The notes below the pieces were generated by a model. It searched no databases, was not told the origin of the DNA, and worked only from the letters and a program-made list of their open reading frames with translations. A stretch of DNA of 49,085 nucleotides, counting the filler, from Catajapyx aquilonaris (taxonomy: Eukaryota): NCBI GenBank assembly GCA_000934665.2. It is 2 parts of 2 records of this genome, joined end to end, with 100 filler letters (N's around TTAATTAATTAA, not from the genome) between each part and the next. Parts side by side here need not be neighbours in the genome. Positions count along the whole stretch, not along the records: positions 1 to 24,476 come from KZ539362.1; positions 24,577 to 49,085 come from KZ539363.1. One strand, written 5' to 3'. The stretch's first letter is position 1. Each line of letters starts with the position of its first letter. Both the position numbers and the translations under genes were made by a program. Below are positions 12,632 to 25,567 of the stretch, piece after piece.

Positions 12632-13289
12632 ATGGCCGGAGGAGAAGGGATGAGCTGGTGGTCTGGTACTGGTAGCGTGAAGATGGAAGAGGCATCATCT
12701 GCTCCCCTAACCAAATCCGTGCCCTCAACAGAACACGAAGAAAAAGACGCCGCAAGGGTTGAATGGGAGGTAATTAGGGCGCATTTTGCAGCCTAAGAGA
12801 GCCATATTATATTGTCACATTCCCTTTTAGCGGCAGAGGAAGGCCTCAGTCCGGCCGAAAGTGAGGACAAACCGGGTGAAGACTAAGGAGGCCCATGAAC
12901 CTCTCATGACGGAGTATGTCGGGGACTGGGCGAATCGAGAGGAACAGCCCTGACACCGGGCCATCAGGAGAAATGCAGAATGGCATCCTGGTACAGGAGG
13001 CATGGACATGTCCAGCAGAAGGATGAGCTGGAACCTGGAAGACAGCCGGTACCTGGCTCCGATCCTTGTCCCTCCCAAAAAGCAGGCCAAGCAGATAGCT
13101 ATCAGTCTGGCTGATGACTCATCTTTATTGGCTGATGAAGTGAAAGTGGAGGAAGGTGGCAAGAAGAAGGTTTCGAAGGAGCGCAAGGGCAGGGATAAGC
13201 CAATGAGCAAGTCCGAGTCAATGGGGACCACGAGTAAGATTGCAACGCTCTACGCTTGCAGCCTCTACGGGCTTGATGATCCCAGCGAG
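12632..13289 (+). pseudogene. Degenerate spliced gene for a charged, low-complexity protein (exons 12632-12769 and 12831-13289), with an in-frame TGA at 12951
   Basis: ag|GTGAACAAAATG start context, a 61-nt GTAATT...ccttttAG intron in phase 0, a second donor GAG|GTAAAG, and one stop in 199 codons. Confidence 0.5.
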
Positions 13290-13312
13290 GTAAAGTTATA
13301 CTTACTGGATAT

Positions 13313-13313
<1 letters not shown>

Positions 13314-13367
<54 letters not shown>

Positions 13368-13660
13368 ATAAAGTGCTATCCTTGTGAGGGTCTGGCAAAA
13401 ATAAAAATTTAAAACTAAACTAACCTAAACTAACCTAACCTAACCTACAAAATACACACGAAATTTTGGTGACCTATTTTTTCACAGTAAAAAGGAGGTC
13501 TTGGTTTGATTTTCCGCCATCCTTGTGAGGACTGTGTATATTATGAGGGCCTGAAAAAAGTCCTCGTAAGGTTTTTGGTCCTCACAAGGATAGGAAACTT
13601 GCGAAAAATATCCTCACAAGGATAGCAATGTCTGATCACACATCACACACACACACACAT
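13314..13660. mobile_element. (CA)n-embedded EnSpm/CACTA-like non-autonomous element
   Basis: GCTATCCTTGTGAGG / CCTCACAAGGATAGC repeats in both orientations, internal (TAACC)n, flanked by (CA)n. Confidence 0.6.
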
Positions 13661-13845
13661 ATATATATATTTAGGTGATGATATTAGGTGATGCACTCTG
13701 ATGGAGACAGGTGACCAAAGCCCACCACGAGAAATATATTAATAGTTATTAATTATTAAACAAATAAATACCTGCTTATGGGTCACTTAAAACTGAGACA
13801 TGCTCCAGAAAGTGATTAACCAGTTAACCACATAATCTTCTCTGG

Positions 13846-14175
13846 GGGAGGTGTGGTGGCCGAGATGGTAACGTCTCGCCTTGCTGAGTGGAAGGTCCCA
13901 GGTTCGATCCCCGCCTGGGAGTTCCCTTCCACCTGCGTCGGGAGGGTCTCTGACCTGCACCGAGGAGGTGTCTGGCAACCTAACCTCCTGGGAAACAGCA
14001 CATGACACCTTTTCAGACAATGCACTTGCACCCATGTTCCCTCCCCAAAAATCTGTATCCTGACCCAATGTCCTTATATCCCTGCACTGACTGGAGTGAA
14101 GATAAAATTAGAAGATTGATTGAAAAATTGTGGTGTACCACCCCCCTATAGAACCCATAAGGGTCATCACAGGGT

Positions 14176-14206
<31 letters not shown>
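13846..14206 (+). mobile_element. tRNA-derived SINE, family A, with (CAA)n tail
   Basis: A and B boxes; 17-bp TSD CACATAATCTTCTCTGG. Confidence 0.92.
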
Positions 14207-14208
<2 letters not shown>

Positions 14209-14667
14209 CATAATCTTCTCTGGAAGCTGTTAACATTACCTGCTACACTTCCTGATGTTGTACCTTTCCAGGTTGTTCAATCCACGCTGGAGGACCTCTA
14301 TGTGGAGTATGACGACTATGGGAAGGTGCCTGTTGTAAAAGGAAAACCTGAATAGCCATGCTGACTCTGAATGATAATTCAGTACATTCCCAAATGGAAG
14401 CTGTTTTTTCAATATTTGAAATGTGCACTCTTGTAAAATAACCTAGAGTCATATGTTGCTACTGAATAAAGAAGAAAACAAGATTTTTTTCTGTGACTTC
14501 ATAAAGGTGACACATCCCGGGAACAATTTATTTTCGGGATGATTTTAGAATGAGAATGCATCCCAATAACATTTTGAATTACACTGTCCTCCCGATTATC
14601 CAGGTGAGGATTATCCTTACATCACCAAATTTTAAATTTTAAATTTAGAGACCAAAAAAAGGAGTCG

Positions 14668-14765
14668 AATTTTGTCCCACTGCTAGTTACTGCTAAACTT
14701 AGCAGCACCAGTGTAGTGCATTGGTACTGCTAAGTTAGCAGTAACTAGCAGTGGGACAAAAATTT
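14668..14765. repeat. Approximately 95-bp hairpin, probably TE-internal
   Basis: ttttgtcccactgctagttactgctaa...ttagcagtaactagcagtgggacaaaa. Confidence 0.8.
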
Positions 14766-16372
14766 TACCCAGTGTCAACAATAGTCCTAAGTTAGCAGTG
14801 GCAGTATCTAGCAGTGCGACAAAAATTTGACCAAATATTTCTCGCAAATGACACGTTTTCTAGAAGTAGGCAAACTACAAATCTATGGTAAGTTTCATTA
14901 TTTTGGTTAAACCTTATTTAAAGCTGCATACAGTAGTACATGAAAAACCAGTGAATAGCTCTTTTTTATAGTAGGCTATCTAAGACCACTAACAGATTAT
15001 GTCTTTTCCGATTCAGCAACACCCGTGCAGTCATTAGCCTGGATTGTCGGGAGTACAGTGACATGTATTTACGTCTTATGGTCTCATCCACAGTATTAGG
15101 ACGCAGGCCTAGAAAAAAGTGAGCAAAGCGAGTGGCTTTCTAGGCCCTCGCTCTGGAAAAAGGCGAGCCAAGTGAGGGTTTTTATGATTAGATTATATTA
15201 GATTGGTTGAAAAGTAGGCTTCTTTTACGTAATAAATTCTGCCTACTGTACTACCTCTCATAGCGGCATGTGTCGAGCTCGACCAGTTATTAGAAATGCA
15301 TGATCTGGTGGCTACACCGGCATTCCAGTATAAGGCGAGGTATGCTGGTACAAGGCGAGGTTTTCACATCAGTTACATTATCCTTTCCGAACTTGACATT
15401 TGCCTGAAAATCGAAATTCACATAAACGCTATCGAAAATGCACATTTTCCGAATAGGGTATCAGTGCCATATGAAGACCTCAGGGGAAGAACGATCAAGG
15501 TCCACTTTTTGTCAAAAATGAGTTCAGCTACATATCTCAGAAGATACTTTCACTAGTGTAGAATATGATGGTTTGGTCGTGGTTGTGGAGTTATGGCCAT
15601 AGGTCACAATGGAAGGCCCCGAAAATGGGATTTACAATGGAGCTTTATGGGCCTTTTTTTAGATTATCTCAGTTTCACCTGAGGTGGACCTTGATTGTTT
15701 TTCTCCCGAGGGCTTCATATATTGTTTCAAATTGCAGTGGCTGGCAATGATCTCTATTTAAACAGTATGTTGCAGCAGGGGGTTTCCCTGGCAAAGCAGG
15801 CTGACGAAGGGATTGGTCACTCTCTCTACATCTTTTATATGCACTGTGCAACAGAACTTGCGTGTACACTCGCCCATTTTCATTGTTACATTATTTTAGT
15901 ATGGTAGCAGAAGCATTCAAAAAATTTGGCAAGGATCAAAATTGTGGAAATCTACCTCGGTTATTGCGGCATGCTGGCCACCCCCAGGTTATACCGGCAT
16001 GCTGGTCGACCTTGTTTTATACCGGCATGCCACTTTATGGGAGGTAATCCGGTACTTACTTTCTATATAATGGCTTCCTTGCTTGAAATATACCATTGGA
16101 ACCCTATCACGTAATAATCAAACTCAGCCAGTCATGTCACCTTCTGGCATGAATTTAAGCACAGAAATTGTGAGGTCAGTGGCAATCTTTGACATTGTAT
16201 GATCGGTGGAAGAAATCGGAAAAAAATATTCACATACACCTATTCTCCATGACTTTCAGCAAGATAAGGTTTCCAGTATGTTGTTTAGGCAAAAATAATT
16301 CTGAAATTTAACCCCACCTGTTCCACAACTGTCCTTCTCCTCCCCCTCACGTGTCCCCTGCAAGGCCACTAA

Positions 16373-17179
16373 CAAGGGAATGACCAAGGGTCGTCCCCTC
16401 CGATTTGGCTGAAACTCGCTTGAGGGGTAAATAATATGTCATAAACACAGTAGTGAAAGTCCTAAACGTCAATATTCAATCGTTTCCCAGGTATGATCGA
16501 CAGAAACATCTGAATTTTGGCCGCCCGTATGTATACGGGTCGGGCGGGGAAGGGACAAGTGCAAGGCAAAATGTGGTAGTGTCCTCCCGTCCCCTGTTTT
16601 CCTTCCGATCCCCTACAGGCCTACACCATCCCGCACCACAATTTCCGTTTTCCATTCTTTCGTTGCTCCGGTATTTATTATCTAAAAGCTACTTTCTCAC
16701 GCTTCTGTCAACTGTGAATAAAGGTCATTATTGTACCAAAAATTGCATAATAGCAACGATTTGGGCAGGAGAGATTATGATATATCGTACATATTGATGA
16801 GTCTGAAGAAGTTCCTATACGCAATTTGTGGTACAAATGACCTTTATTCGCAGGTGACAGAATGGCGAGAAATCAGCTTTTAGTTGGTCGCATAATAAAT
16901 ACCGGAGCAATGAAAGAATGGAAAACGAAAAAATGTGGTGGGGGATGGTGTAGCAGTTCCTGTAGTGGATCGGAAAAAGACAAGGGCTTGCACTTGTCCC
17001 TTTCCCACCCGACCCGTGTACATATGCGAGGTCAAAATTCGCATGTTTCTGTCGATCATACCTCGCCAACGACTGAACATTGCCGTTTAGGACTCTCACT
17101 ACTGAGTTTATGACATATTATTTACCCCTCCAGTGAGTTTCAGCCAAATCGGAGGGGAATACCCTTGGTCATTCCCTTG
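16373..17179. mobile_element. Fold-back DNA element, CAAGGG termini, TAA TSD (unclassified)
   Basis: CAAGGGAATGACCAAGGG...CCCTTGGTCATTCCCTTG; palindromic over nearly its whole length. Confidence 0.88.
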
Positions 17180-17584
17180 TAAGATCTTGCAGGCTTCTGA
17201 CATGCTCAGATATTTTGGGGAAATGCCATGCTACACACACACTATTGCGTAATCGACAAGTTGCAGTATCACAAAACTAAGAAAATGAATTAAAGGCACA
17301 TGAACACAAATATCTACTTGATGTCTCAAGAACGCTTTCATACTCCTGATGTCAACTTTGGTCAACTTTTGCCTCAAGGTGATCAATTTTTTTTTTGGCC
17401 AGTCTGCTGTTCATGTCCGCTTTTAGTTTTGGTTCTCCAAAGTTGTGCAGTATTAATTCTGCTATGTAAAGAAAGAATAAAAGTGGCACAGCTGTTCAGA
17501 CTCACGCATGACAAATTCAATCCATGTAGGTGGCTGTAATGATATGATATAGATGACTTCCAGTATGACAATATAAATGAATGT

Positions 17585-17880
17585 ACCGAAGCAGGTTGGT
17601 GTAGTGGTTAAGGAATCCGACTGCTAATAGGGTGGTCCTGGGTTTGATTCTGGGGGTCGGCGATCCTGACCATGGTTTTCTGTGGTTTCCCACTGTTCCC
17701 CAGGATAATTCCGGGGTCGCTTCCGTATAAGAGACCACAGCCGCTTTCCTTCCTTGGCCTATCCTTGGCCCCATCCATGTGTGAAAGTTTCAGAAAAAAA
17801 TTGAGGGGTAAAATGGTGGTATTCCACCGCCCTAATTCTCCCAATGCAATGGGGTAAAATAAATAAAAATAAATTTAAAA
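17585..17880 (+). mobile_element. tRNA-derived SINE, family B
   Basis: TGGTGTAGTGG A box, degenerate B box, 15-bp TSD AATATAAATGAATGT. Confidence 0.9.
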
Positions 17881-18029
17881 AATATAAATGAATGTTCCTA
17901 TAACCACATTAACCTAACTTACCTTCCGAAGTACAAAACAGATGCCCAAAAACATCCTGCAAAGGGTCGAAAACAATATTATGACACCTTTTTCATGTAA
18001 GAAGTGCTTTAATCAACTAATTTATACAC

Positions 18030-18920
18030 CATAAAGTTAGGAACAAACGGACACTAACCCCACAAACATGTCAATTGCTGTCCTCTTCATATCCCTCCTC
18101 CACAAGAGTACTCTGCTAAATGCAGAAAAAAGGTGGTCTTTGGAGTGCCACCTTTAGTCATGGCAGCTCTTAACGGTCAGCATTGGGAATCAATAGCTTG
18201 TATCATGATTGTATCAGATTCAGGATTCACAAAGTACATTCAGTGATTGACAGTAAGATGATTGTATCCCCTACCATTGACCCCATTATAACATTCTCAC
18301 ATATCACTGATTACTGTGGTTCCTGGCGCAACATTGTTTTTTTATGACTTGAATTAGTGTTTGTCCCTCTCACCCGTCCTCCAACGACGTGAAACAGATC
18401 TCCCTAATCTGGAGCAATTATTGAGAAATGGTAACTGGTGAAGCTACAGTCTGTCCTTCACCCAGTTCAGAAGCCACAAAGCCATAGTCCATGTGCCCTC
18501 TAGAGAAGTTCAGCATAAAAATTAGTATGTTGGGAGCACTAATACTGTAGTTTTCGAAGCTGCTGCCCTTGGACACAGACTTACACCACCGCAGCCCCTG
18601 TTGGTTGCACACCCAGTCAACCCTACCATCTATATTTAGATTGAAACATAGGAACACATATATCATAATGAAAATGATTGAATGACCTAGTGACTAACCC
18701 TGGCGTAAGTACACATAGGCAGCCTCTCTGCAATGTTTGCATGTGCAACTGTAGGCAACAAGCCCCATCTCTATACACCATCCAACAATGGACTTGATTC
18801 CACCAATATACACTGAGAAAAAAGTATTATCCTTTATGTTGCGCCCAGCCGCCTCTGCCATTGTTCCAGCTGTGGCTGCCATTTTAACTACTGGTGTCCA
18901 ACTGGCAGGTCCCTGCATAC
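18030..18920 (-). mobile_element. Decayed Merlin (IS1595/ISXO2-like) transposase
   Basis: Manual translation at about 18200-18360 gives TLIQVIK...VAPGTTVISDM*ECYNG...GYNHLTVNH*MYFVNP, matching the PGT.I.SD.W..Y...GY.H..VNH..FV.P signature; LLWRR lies downstream. Confidence 0.75.
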
Positions 18921-19039
18921 CATATCAATCCCCCACCCCTTCTCGAGAACTTGGACATATCTACATAATTTAAGTGTTGAAATGCTAAGTAATGTCTAAA
19001 GTTTTGGTCTCACCTTAGTTTATTTCAACACGAGCTTCA

Positions 19040-19450
19040 TTTGTCGATCGGAAGTAAAAAAAAGACAGTATTCAGTCTCGTGCATAACCTGCTCAATCAT
19101 ATCTGGAGTTACTGTTGCAATTCTATCCTGTAGGTGCTGGATATCTCCGATATTTACACCACACACATTGTTCTTGATGATTCAAATTTAAAAAGTCGCC
19201 TCATCCTGCCATAGAACAATTTCATTTGTTCAGCCTCCCAGTGTGAGAAGTCTTGAATGAGAAGTTTCCAAATGCCTAGCCCCTCCAGAAGCCCAGATTT
19301 ACCCCGATGGACTTTTCTGTGGAGATAAATGTACGATGAAGAGATCTGACATCTCCAGCACTTAAGGGATAAGATTGCAATGGTAAAGCCAGACATATCT
19401 GAGCGAGTTAGGCATGATACCGATTACCGATTTACAACTTTCGAGCTACA
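19040..19450. mobile_element. Tc1/mariner transposase C-terminal remnants as two oppositely oriented copies
   Basis: RSPDL.PMDF.LW-like motif at about 19285-19325; the gatatctccagcac...gatagaattgcaa segment is present in both orientations. Confidence 0.6.
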
Positions 19451-19506
19451 AATGGAGCTCATATCGAAACAAACTATGGTAAAACCAAAACCTTTGGCCT
19501 TTCTTA

Positions 19507-20336
19507 CAAGGGACATTTCCCGGGTGATAATGGCAGATCTTGATGAAATTTAACATGCTAATACAGGTCAGTGTATGATAACCAAAAATGAAATATTTTG
19601 GGCTGAGGCCCATATTTGCAAAAGTTATGATGTCTAATGTGCCAAAAATAAAAAAAAATTCATACACAATGGGATTACATTAGCGACCACATATAATGAC
19701 ATTGAAGTGTGTAAACAGTTTTCAGATTTTTTCTCATCTGCAAAAAATATTATAGAAAGGCTCTGTCCGTCCGTCCATCCGTCTGTGGACAGGTATCAAG
19801 GCCTAAACCGTAAGTGAGAGCGACAAGCGGTTTTCATATTCGGATCAAGCATGACCAAAATAGGTTTCCTGGTCAACTTCTGGTGACCTGCCACTTCCGG
19901 TTTTCCGGGTTCACTCTATCTGCACAAGTATACTTTACGGCAGTTTAGAAAACCGGAAGTGGCAGGTCACCGTAAGTCGACCATGAAACCTATTTTGGTA
20001 ACGCTTAATCCAAATATGAAAACCGTTTGTTGCTATCTCTTACAGTTTAGGCCTTGAGACCTGTCCACAGGTGGACGGACAGAGCTGTTCTGTAATACTT
20101 TTCTGACGAGAAAAAATCTAAAAACTGTTTACACACTTCAATGTCATTATATGTGGTCGCTAATGTAATCCCATTGTGTATGAAAATGTATTATTTTTGG
20201 CACTTTAAGACGTCATAACTTTTGCAAGTATGGACGTCAGCCCAAAATATTTAATTTTTGGTTATCATATATTAGCATGTATTAGCATGTTAAGTTTCAT
20301 CAAGATCCGCCATTATCACCCGGGAAATGTCCATTG
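19507..20336. mobile_element. Fold-back DNA element, CAAGGG termini, TTA TSD (unclassified)
   Basis: CAAGGGACATTTCCCGGGTGATAATGGC...GCCATTATCACCCGGGAAATGTCCATTG; about 400-bp arms; internal (GTCC)n. Confidence 0.88.
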
Positions 20337-21052
20337 TTAGCATTTCAAAACTTAAATCATTTAGATATGTCTACAAGTTTTCGAGTTATAGGTTTTTAAA
20401 TCTGAGCATTCTTTTTCGATCACTCTGTTGTAAATTAGCCCAAGCATGTGTTTACAGCAAGATGTAATATGTACAGTCCCGCTCATAAAGAATGGTACGA
20501 CTCTATGGACGAAATGTTTATCCTTAATGTCCAGCAGCGTTCCGAACCTTACTTTGACGCCAACCCATGGACAACCTTTTCTGGACCTCTGGTGACCTGT
20601 ATGACGCATCCCAATTTTTTAATGAAATTTTTAATTACCAAAATGCTCAACCAGGTACAATGCTTAAGTAGATTTGATGTAAAATCCCCCCCTAAAATTT
20701 TCCTACTTCGCCTTGTTTTTTCCCTCTCTTTTACTTAATTTTGATTCCTTTTTTCCCAGCCTTCCCCATACCATTAAAAACATCCTGGTGACCCAGGGGT
20801 TTGGACCAGGATAACCATTTCATCCACAGAGTCCTACCATTCTTTATGAACGGTACTGTACATACATGCATCCACTCAGTGGGACTGCTCACCTCAGACT
20901 GGAATGATGGAATGGCTAAGTAAACAGCCAGATCCCCAGGAAAATCACCAATGAAAATAACTCAACCACTCAACAAAAGCCTATTCATGCACAACACTAC
21001 ACACAAAACACTTCCCCCACACCATCACATGGAATAATTGTCTAAAAACAAT

Positions 21053-22339
21053 TCAAGTTGCTGTTTCATCTCCATGTCTTTCTACAAATTCCATATCTTC
21101 AGGTGACACTGGACCATAATGCATCTTCTTCTGCCTGTGTCTCTCAAAGTTACTTTTCTGATTAAACTCCATCCCACACTCACATTGATAAGGCTTGTAA
21201 CCAGTATGTGTCCTCATGTGTACAGTAAACCCAGACCTCATTCGAAATGACTTCCCACAGATATCACACACATAAGGCCGCTCACCTGTATGGACAAACT
21301 GGTGCTCCTTATAAGATGCCTTCCTCTTGAATGCCTTACCACATTCACACACGTAAGCCTTCTCATTTGAGTGGCTCCTCTGATGGCATCTCATATTAGT
21401 AAGCTCGCTAAATTTTTTTCCACATTCTGGGCACATGTATGGCTTTTCTCCAGTATGAGTTCGCATATGAACCCTCAATGTGTCTTTGCTGCTGTATGTT
21501 CTTGAGCATAGAGCACATTCAATGGACTTGCGTTGCACTATTTTTGGTTTCTGTGGTAAAGTGCTATGAATTTTTTTATGATTTGAGAGTGCACCAAAAT
21601 TTCCGAATATCTGCCCACATTCACAAGCGCATTTCCTTTTCTCTGTGTTTGGACATGCGTGTAGATGCAATGTAAGTTCCTCGGTAAATGTCTTTTTGCA
21701 TTTTCTGCACGTCAATTCTGCATGAGTCTTGCGATGTTCATTCAGTTCATGACTGTTGTCATAATGACCTGAGCAAATGTTACAAATAAGGTACTTTTCC
21801 TGGAGCCTGGTATTCATGCGACATGTACGTTTCAATGGATCTTTGCTGGAGGAACTAGGTAATTTTTTGCTTTTCTCATTGTCACCAGAAAAATGCACAC
21901 TTTCACTTCTGTTTCTCCTAGTCACTCTTTGACCTGTTCCTTCATTTTTCTCTTCACTGTTGCCACCCATGGAATTTGTGCTGTTGACACTGGCTGGAAT
22001 GCATTCAGTCACCATGCCTAACTGGAATACAGCTGCCAACTCCCGTAGATTGTCTATAATTTGGCTGTTTTCTACAACAACTCCATTGTGGATAAACTTT
22101 AAAAAGACGTTCATGGTATTACAGTCAAAATCATGCAATGTAAGGGATGACATGTGGAACTGATCCTTTTCCAGAATTTCTTTCAGGAACTGGGAGCAAG
22201 CCCCAAGCATCACGCGATGCATCTTCACTATTCCATCACAGCAATATATCACAATGTTTTTGGAATTTTCATCAGCAATTACTTCTTCAAATACAGAATT
22301 CATGTCACAATGTTGCAGATGCAGCATTTCTCCACTCAT
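21053..22339 (-). CDS. BTB/POZ-domain C2H2 zinc-finger protein (ZBTB-like), 428 aa, intronless CDS
   Basis: N-terminal BTB-like motifs (IVIYCCDGIVKMHRVMLGACSQFLKEIL...FLKFIHNG) and eight finger-like units with TGEKPY/TGERPY/TGYKPY linkers. A splice acceptor ttttcag lies 13 nt upstream of the ATG. Confidence 0.93.
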   Translation of the reverse strand: MSGEMLHLQHCDMNSVFEEVIADENSKNIVIYCCDGIVKMHRVMLGACSQFLKEILEKDQFHMSSLTLHDFDCNTMNVFLKFIHNGVVVENSQIIDNLRELAAVFQLGMVTECIPASVNSTNSMGGNSEEKNEGTGQRVTRRNRSESVHFSGDNEKSKKLPSSSSKDPLKRTCRMNTRLQEKYLICNICSGHYDNSHELNEHRKTHAELTCRKCKKTFTEELTLHLHACPNTEKRKCACECGQIFGNFGALSNHKKIHSTLPQKPKIVQRKSIECALCSRTYSSKDTLRVHMRTHTGEKPYMCPECGKKFSELTNMRCHQRSHSNEKAYVCECGKAFKRKASYKEHQFVHTGERPYVCDICGKSFRMRSGFTVHMRTHTGYKPYQCECGMEFNQKSNFERHRQKKMHYGPVSPEDMEFVERHGDETAT

Positions 22340-23084
22340 GGTTACTTCTTTGCTGAAAATACAATGGTAAATGTTAAAAATTGTGCACTCCAGCTAATGT
22401 AAAATGACTAATAACAATCCAGGCAGCAATATCATATGCCATCCCAGAGAAAATTAACTGAAATAAGTTGACTATAGAGCAAAAGTATTGGCCCACCTAT
22501 AGAATCAGCTGAGAAGGTTATGAAAACAGGCCAAAAAAACTTTTCCATACAAGGGAGAGTGGCGTCAAATGCAGAGTGATACAAGAAGTGATAAACCTAG
22601 ATACATGCCAAACCTTTTTAAAATTTACTATTCATACATAGGTCATCTCCGTACCCAGGAAGTGGCTTAATTAGGCGTGACATACATATATATAAAACAT
22701 ATGTACAAACTTTCTCCTTTATTAATAGGGATTCGAAATTCCATAAAACCTAAATGAGGTCAGTGTGGCGTTAAAAAAATTTGAAGTTGGGGGGGGGGNN
22801 NNNNNNNNNNNNNNNGGGGGGGGGGGGTCAAAAAAGCCGAAAATCAGCGGTACGTAATTTATGGATGGACCCTACGATGAAAAATTCCAATTCAATTAAT
22901 GTGAAATGGTTTTAAAAACCCCTGCATTCAAAAATACACAGCAAATTCAAATTCGACATCTGCAAGCAGTGATAATTTTTTAAAAAATTCAGTGGTAGTT
23001 TTTTGTAACTAATTTTAATGCTGTCTTCAGGTTTGTGTGGCCCCTCTGGTTCATTTTTAAAATAAATGTCCTGATAATATATGG

Positions 23085-23322
23085 CAGTGGTTTCCAACCT
23101 GGGGGTTGCCGGCAGGGTCCCGGGGGGTCGCAAACCTTTGTTCAACTTTGTTTTTTTTTTGCAATTTCTGTGTAAATTGAACCATTTTTGCAGTCGTATA
23201 CAGATTACAGAGTGTATGTTGTCTGGAAATTGGGCAGTTGTAGAAGGGGCCGGGTGGGGGGGTCGCACCTTTATGGAAACATGTTTAGGGGTTCGCAGTT
23301 GGTAAAAGGTTGGAAACCACTG
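23085..23322. mobile_element. hAT-Charlie-like MITE
   Basis: CAGTGGTTTCCAACCT TIRs; 8-bp TSD ATATATGG. Confidence 0.92.
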
Positions 23323-24754
23323 ATATATGGTATAAACATAGTGGCAGCAATTTTTACCAGACCCCAGGGAAATTCATTGTCCAAGGTGTAGGCCTAATCA
23401 CATTTATTTCAGTTGTTAACACATTACTGTCAACTAACTCCAATGTTACGATTCATAATTATCCATTTGGAGTCCAGATAATCTTAACGGATATTTTTTT
23501 AAATAGCATTTTGTTTATTACCCCACCATGACTCCATTTTTTGGGGGGGGTGGACCAGCTACACTGAGGTTTGGCAAGAATATTAATTTTCCTCTGCTTT
23601 ATTATTTAACATAATGACTTCTGAAAAACAAACATGGAAAATTGTACCAATAATGAAATGTATAACCCGGACCAAACGTGTAAAATCCAGCCTCGTAGGC
23701 TGAGTCACAAGCTTTTAAAACTGGTAGTGACACTTGCGAAAGGTGCTGGGGACGGGAGGGGAGGGGGACCTAGGAGCAGGGCCAGCGTTAGGTGAGATGG
23801 CGTCCTGTGCCGTTTGACATATATTACGCCCCCCCCCCCCCCCCCCCCNCCCCCCCCGACCAGGGCCGGATTTAGGGGGCTCCGGGGCGATCTTGGTTAG
23901 CCCCCCCCCCCTCCCCCGAACGCAGAAATTAAAATATACAGCAATAAGGCAGAAAATTTCGGGTGGGGGCCCATTTCATGAATCATAAGCACTAGGTGAA
24001 CAAGCGGTAAATGTCGAGGAGGAAGGTTACCCGGTTCAAGGTTACCCGAGCTTAGGTGAATGTGGGAGATTTGAATGGGTGTGTATTTGATGAAATTGGT
24101 AGCACTTTTCCCCCCAAAATCATGAATTAGTAATTTATAATACTATTTCCGGCTATTTAAAACATTTCGTGGGGGGTGGGCAGGGGGCGACCCGCCTGGG
24201 CCCCGTGCCCCCCTGCATACACAGGGTTCGAAATTAACCGGTCGCCAGTCGCATTTCGCGACTTTAGGTTATCCATTGGCGACTGAATAAAGATGGCTAG
24301 TCGCCACTTTGGCGACTAGCTTTCCCTCCCAATACTGTATTTCTGCCTCGTATTTTCAATTTCGTTCCTGCAGTGCTGATTCTGTAGGTGGCTCATTATC
24401 ATGAAGCGCGCCTGGTATTTATTGGGGTCCTCACTCCGGGGGTCAAGTTCAAGTTCCAAGTTGGGGTAAATAAGGTNNNNNNNNNNNNNNNNNNNNNNNN
24501 NNNNNNNNNNNNNNNNNNNNTTAATTAATTAANNNNNNNNNNNNNNNNNNNNNNNNNNNNNNNNNNNNNNNNNNNNCAGGGGTGGGGGGTGGGACAGGTT
24601 GTTTTTAGGTTTATTCTCATGAGTTTTATTAGTTCATATGTTGGGTTAGCTTGCGTCTCCCTTCATCGCTGACTACCCCTCATAGGGAAATGTCGTGATG
24701 TTGTTGTTGTTGTTGTTGTTGTTGTATTATTATTAATTATTATTATTATTATTA

Positions 24755-25336
24755 CAGTAAAACTTCTATAAGTCGAACTTCCCTAAGTCAAAGTTCTCTA
24801 TAAGTCGAAGAAAATGATGAGCTTGGTTGGTCGCAATGTAAAACAATAGGAAATAAACTTCCCTAACTCGAATTTCTATAACTCGAAGTGCAGGCAGGGC
24901 CTTACCATGGGATATCAATGCATTTTCAGTCTCCCTAAGTCGAAGTTCATGTTGGCGAGTACGGAAAATTTTCTCATTTCCCAGCCGAAGGGTTTAGAGT
25001 AGGCCACATGTACAGAAAGGCTCAATTTCTTGATCTCCGTCTACCAGACGTACCGAAAGAAGTGTTTGACTCGATTGTGACAATTGAATCCTTGAATCTA
25101 AGAGGTAGGCAAATGTCCATAACATAGTTTTTTACAACAAAACAACGAGGAACATTGTAAGAGTGACAGTGACAGTTATTTTTAAGTTTTGAACACCATT
25201 TGTCGCTGGATATAAAGGTAGGCTTCCTTATAGAGTTCTGTGCTTTTAAAAATTCCAAACTTCTCTAACTCGAATCTTCTATAACTCGAAGTTTTTTCCC
25301 GGTCCCATGGAGATTCGACTTATAGAAGTTTTACTG
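24755..25336. mobile_element. pogo/Tigger-like MITE
   Basis: TA|CAGTAAAACTTCTATAAGTCGAA TIRs with repeated CTAT/AAGTCGAA subterminal motifs. Confidence 0.85.
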
Positions 25337-25462
25337 CATTATTATTATTATTATTATTAAAAATCTGATTAAACCATAAATCAGGGCGCAAGCTACAAAG
25401 AACAGTTTCCAGCGACATTCCCTATTATAAGGCATCCTGCACACTTGGAACACCCTGAATAT

Positions 25463-25471
25463 TATTATTAT

Positions 25472-25567
<96 letters not shown>

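Noticed and set aside
17585..17660. tRNA-Ser(GCT)-like sequence and other tRNA-like heads
   Set aside because: The cloverleaf is imperfect and continues into a SINE body with tail and TSD, so these are SINE heads, not tRNA genes
24521..24532. TTAATTAATTAA island between N runs
   Set aside because: It gives stops in all six frames and is flanked by Ns, typical of an artificial scaffolding linker rather than biology
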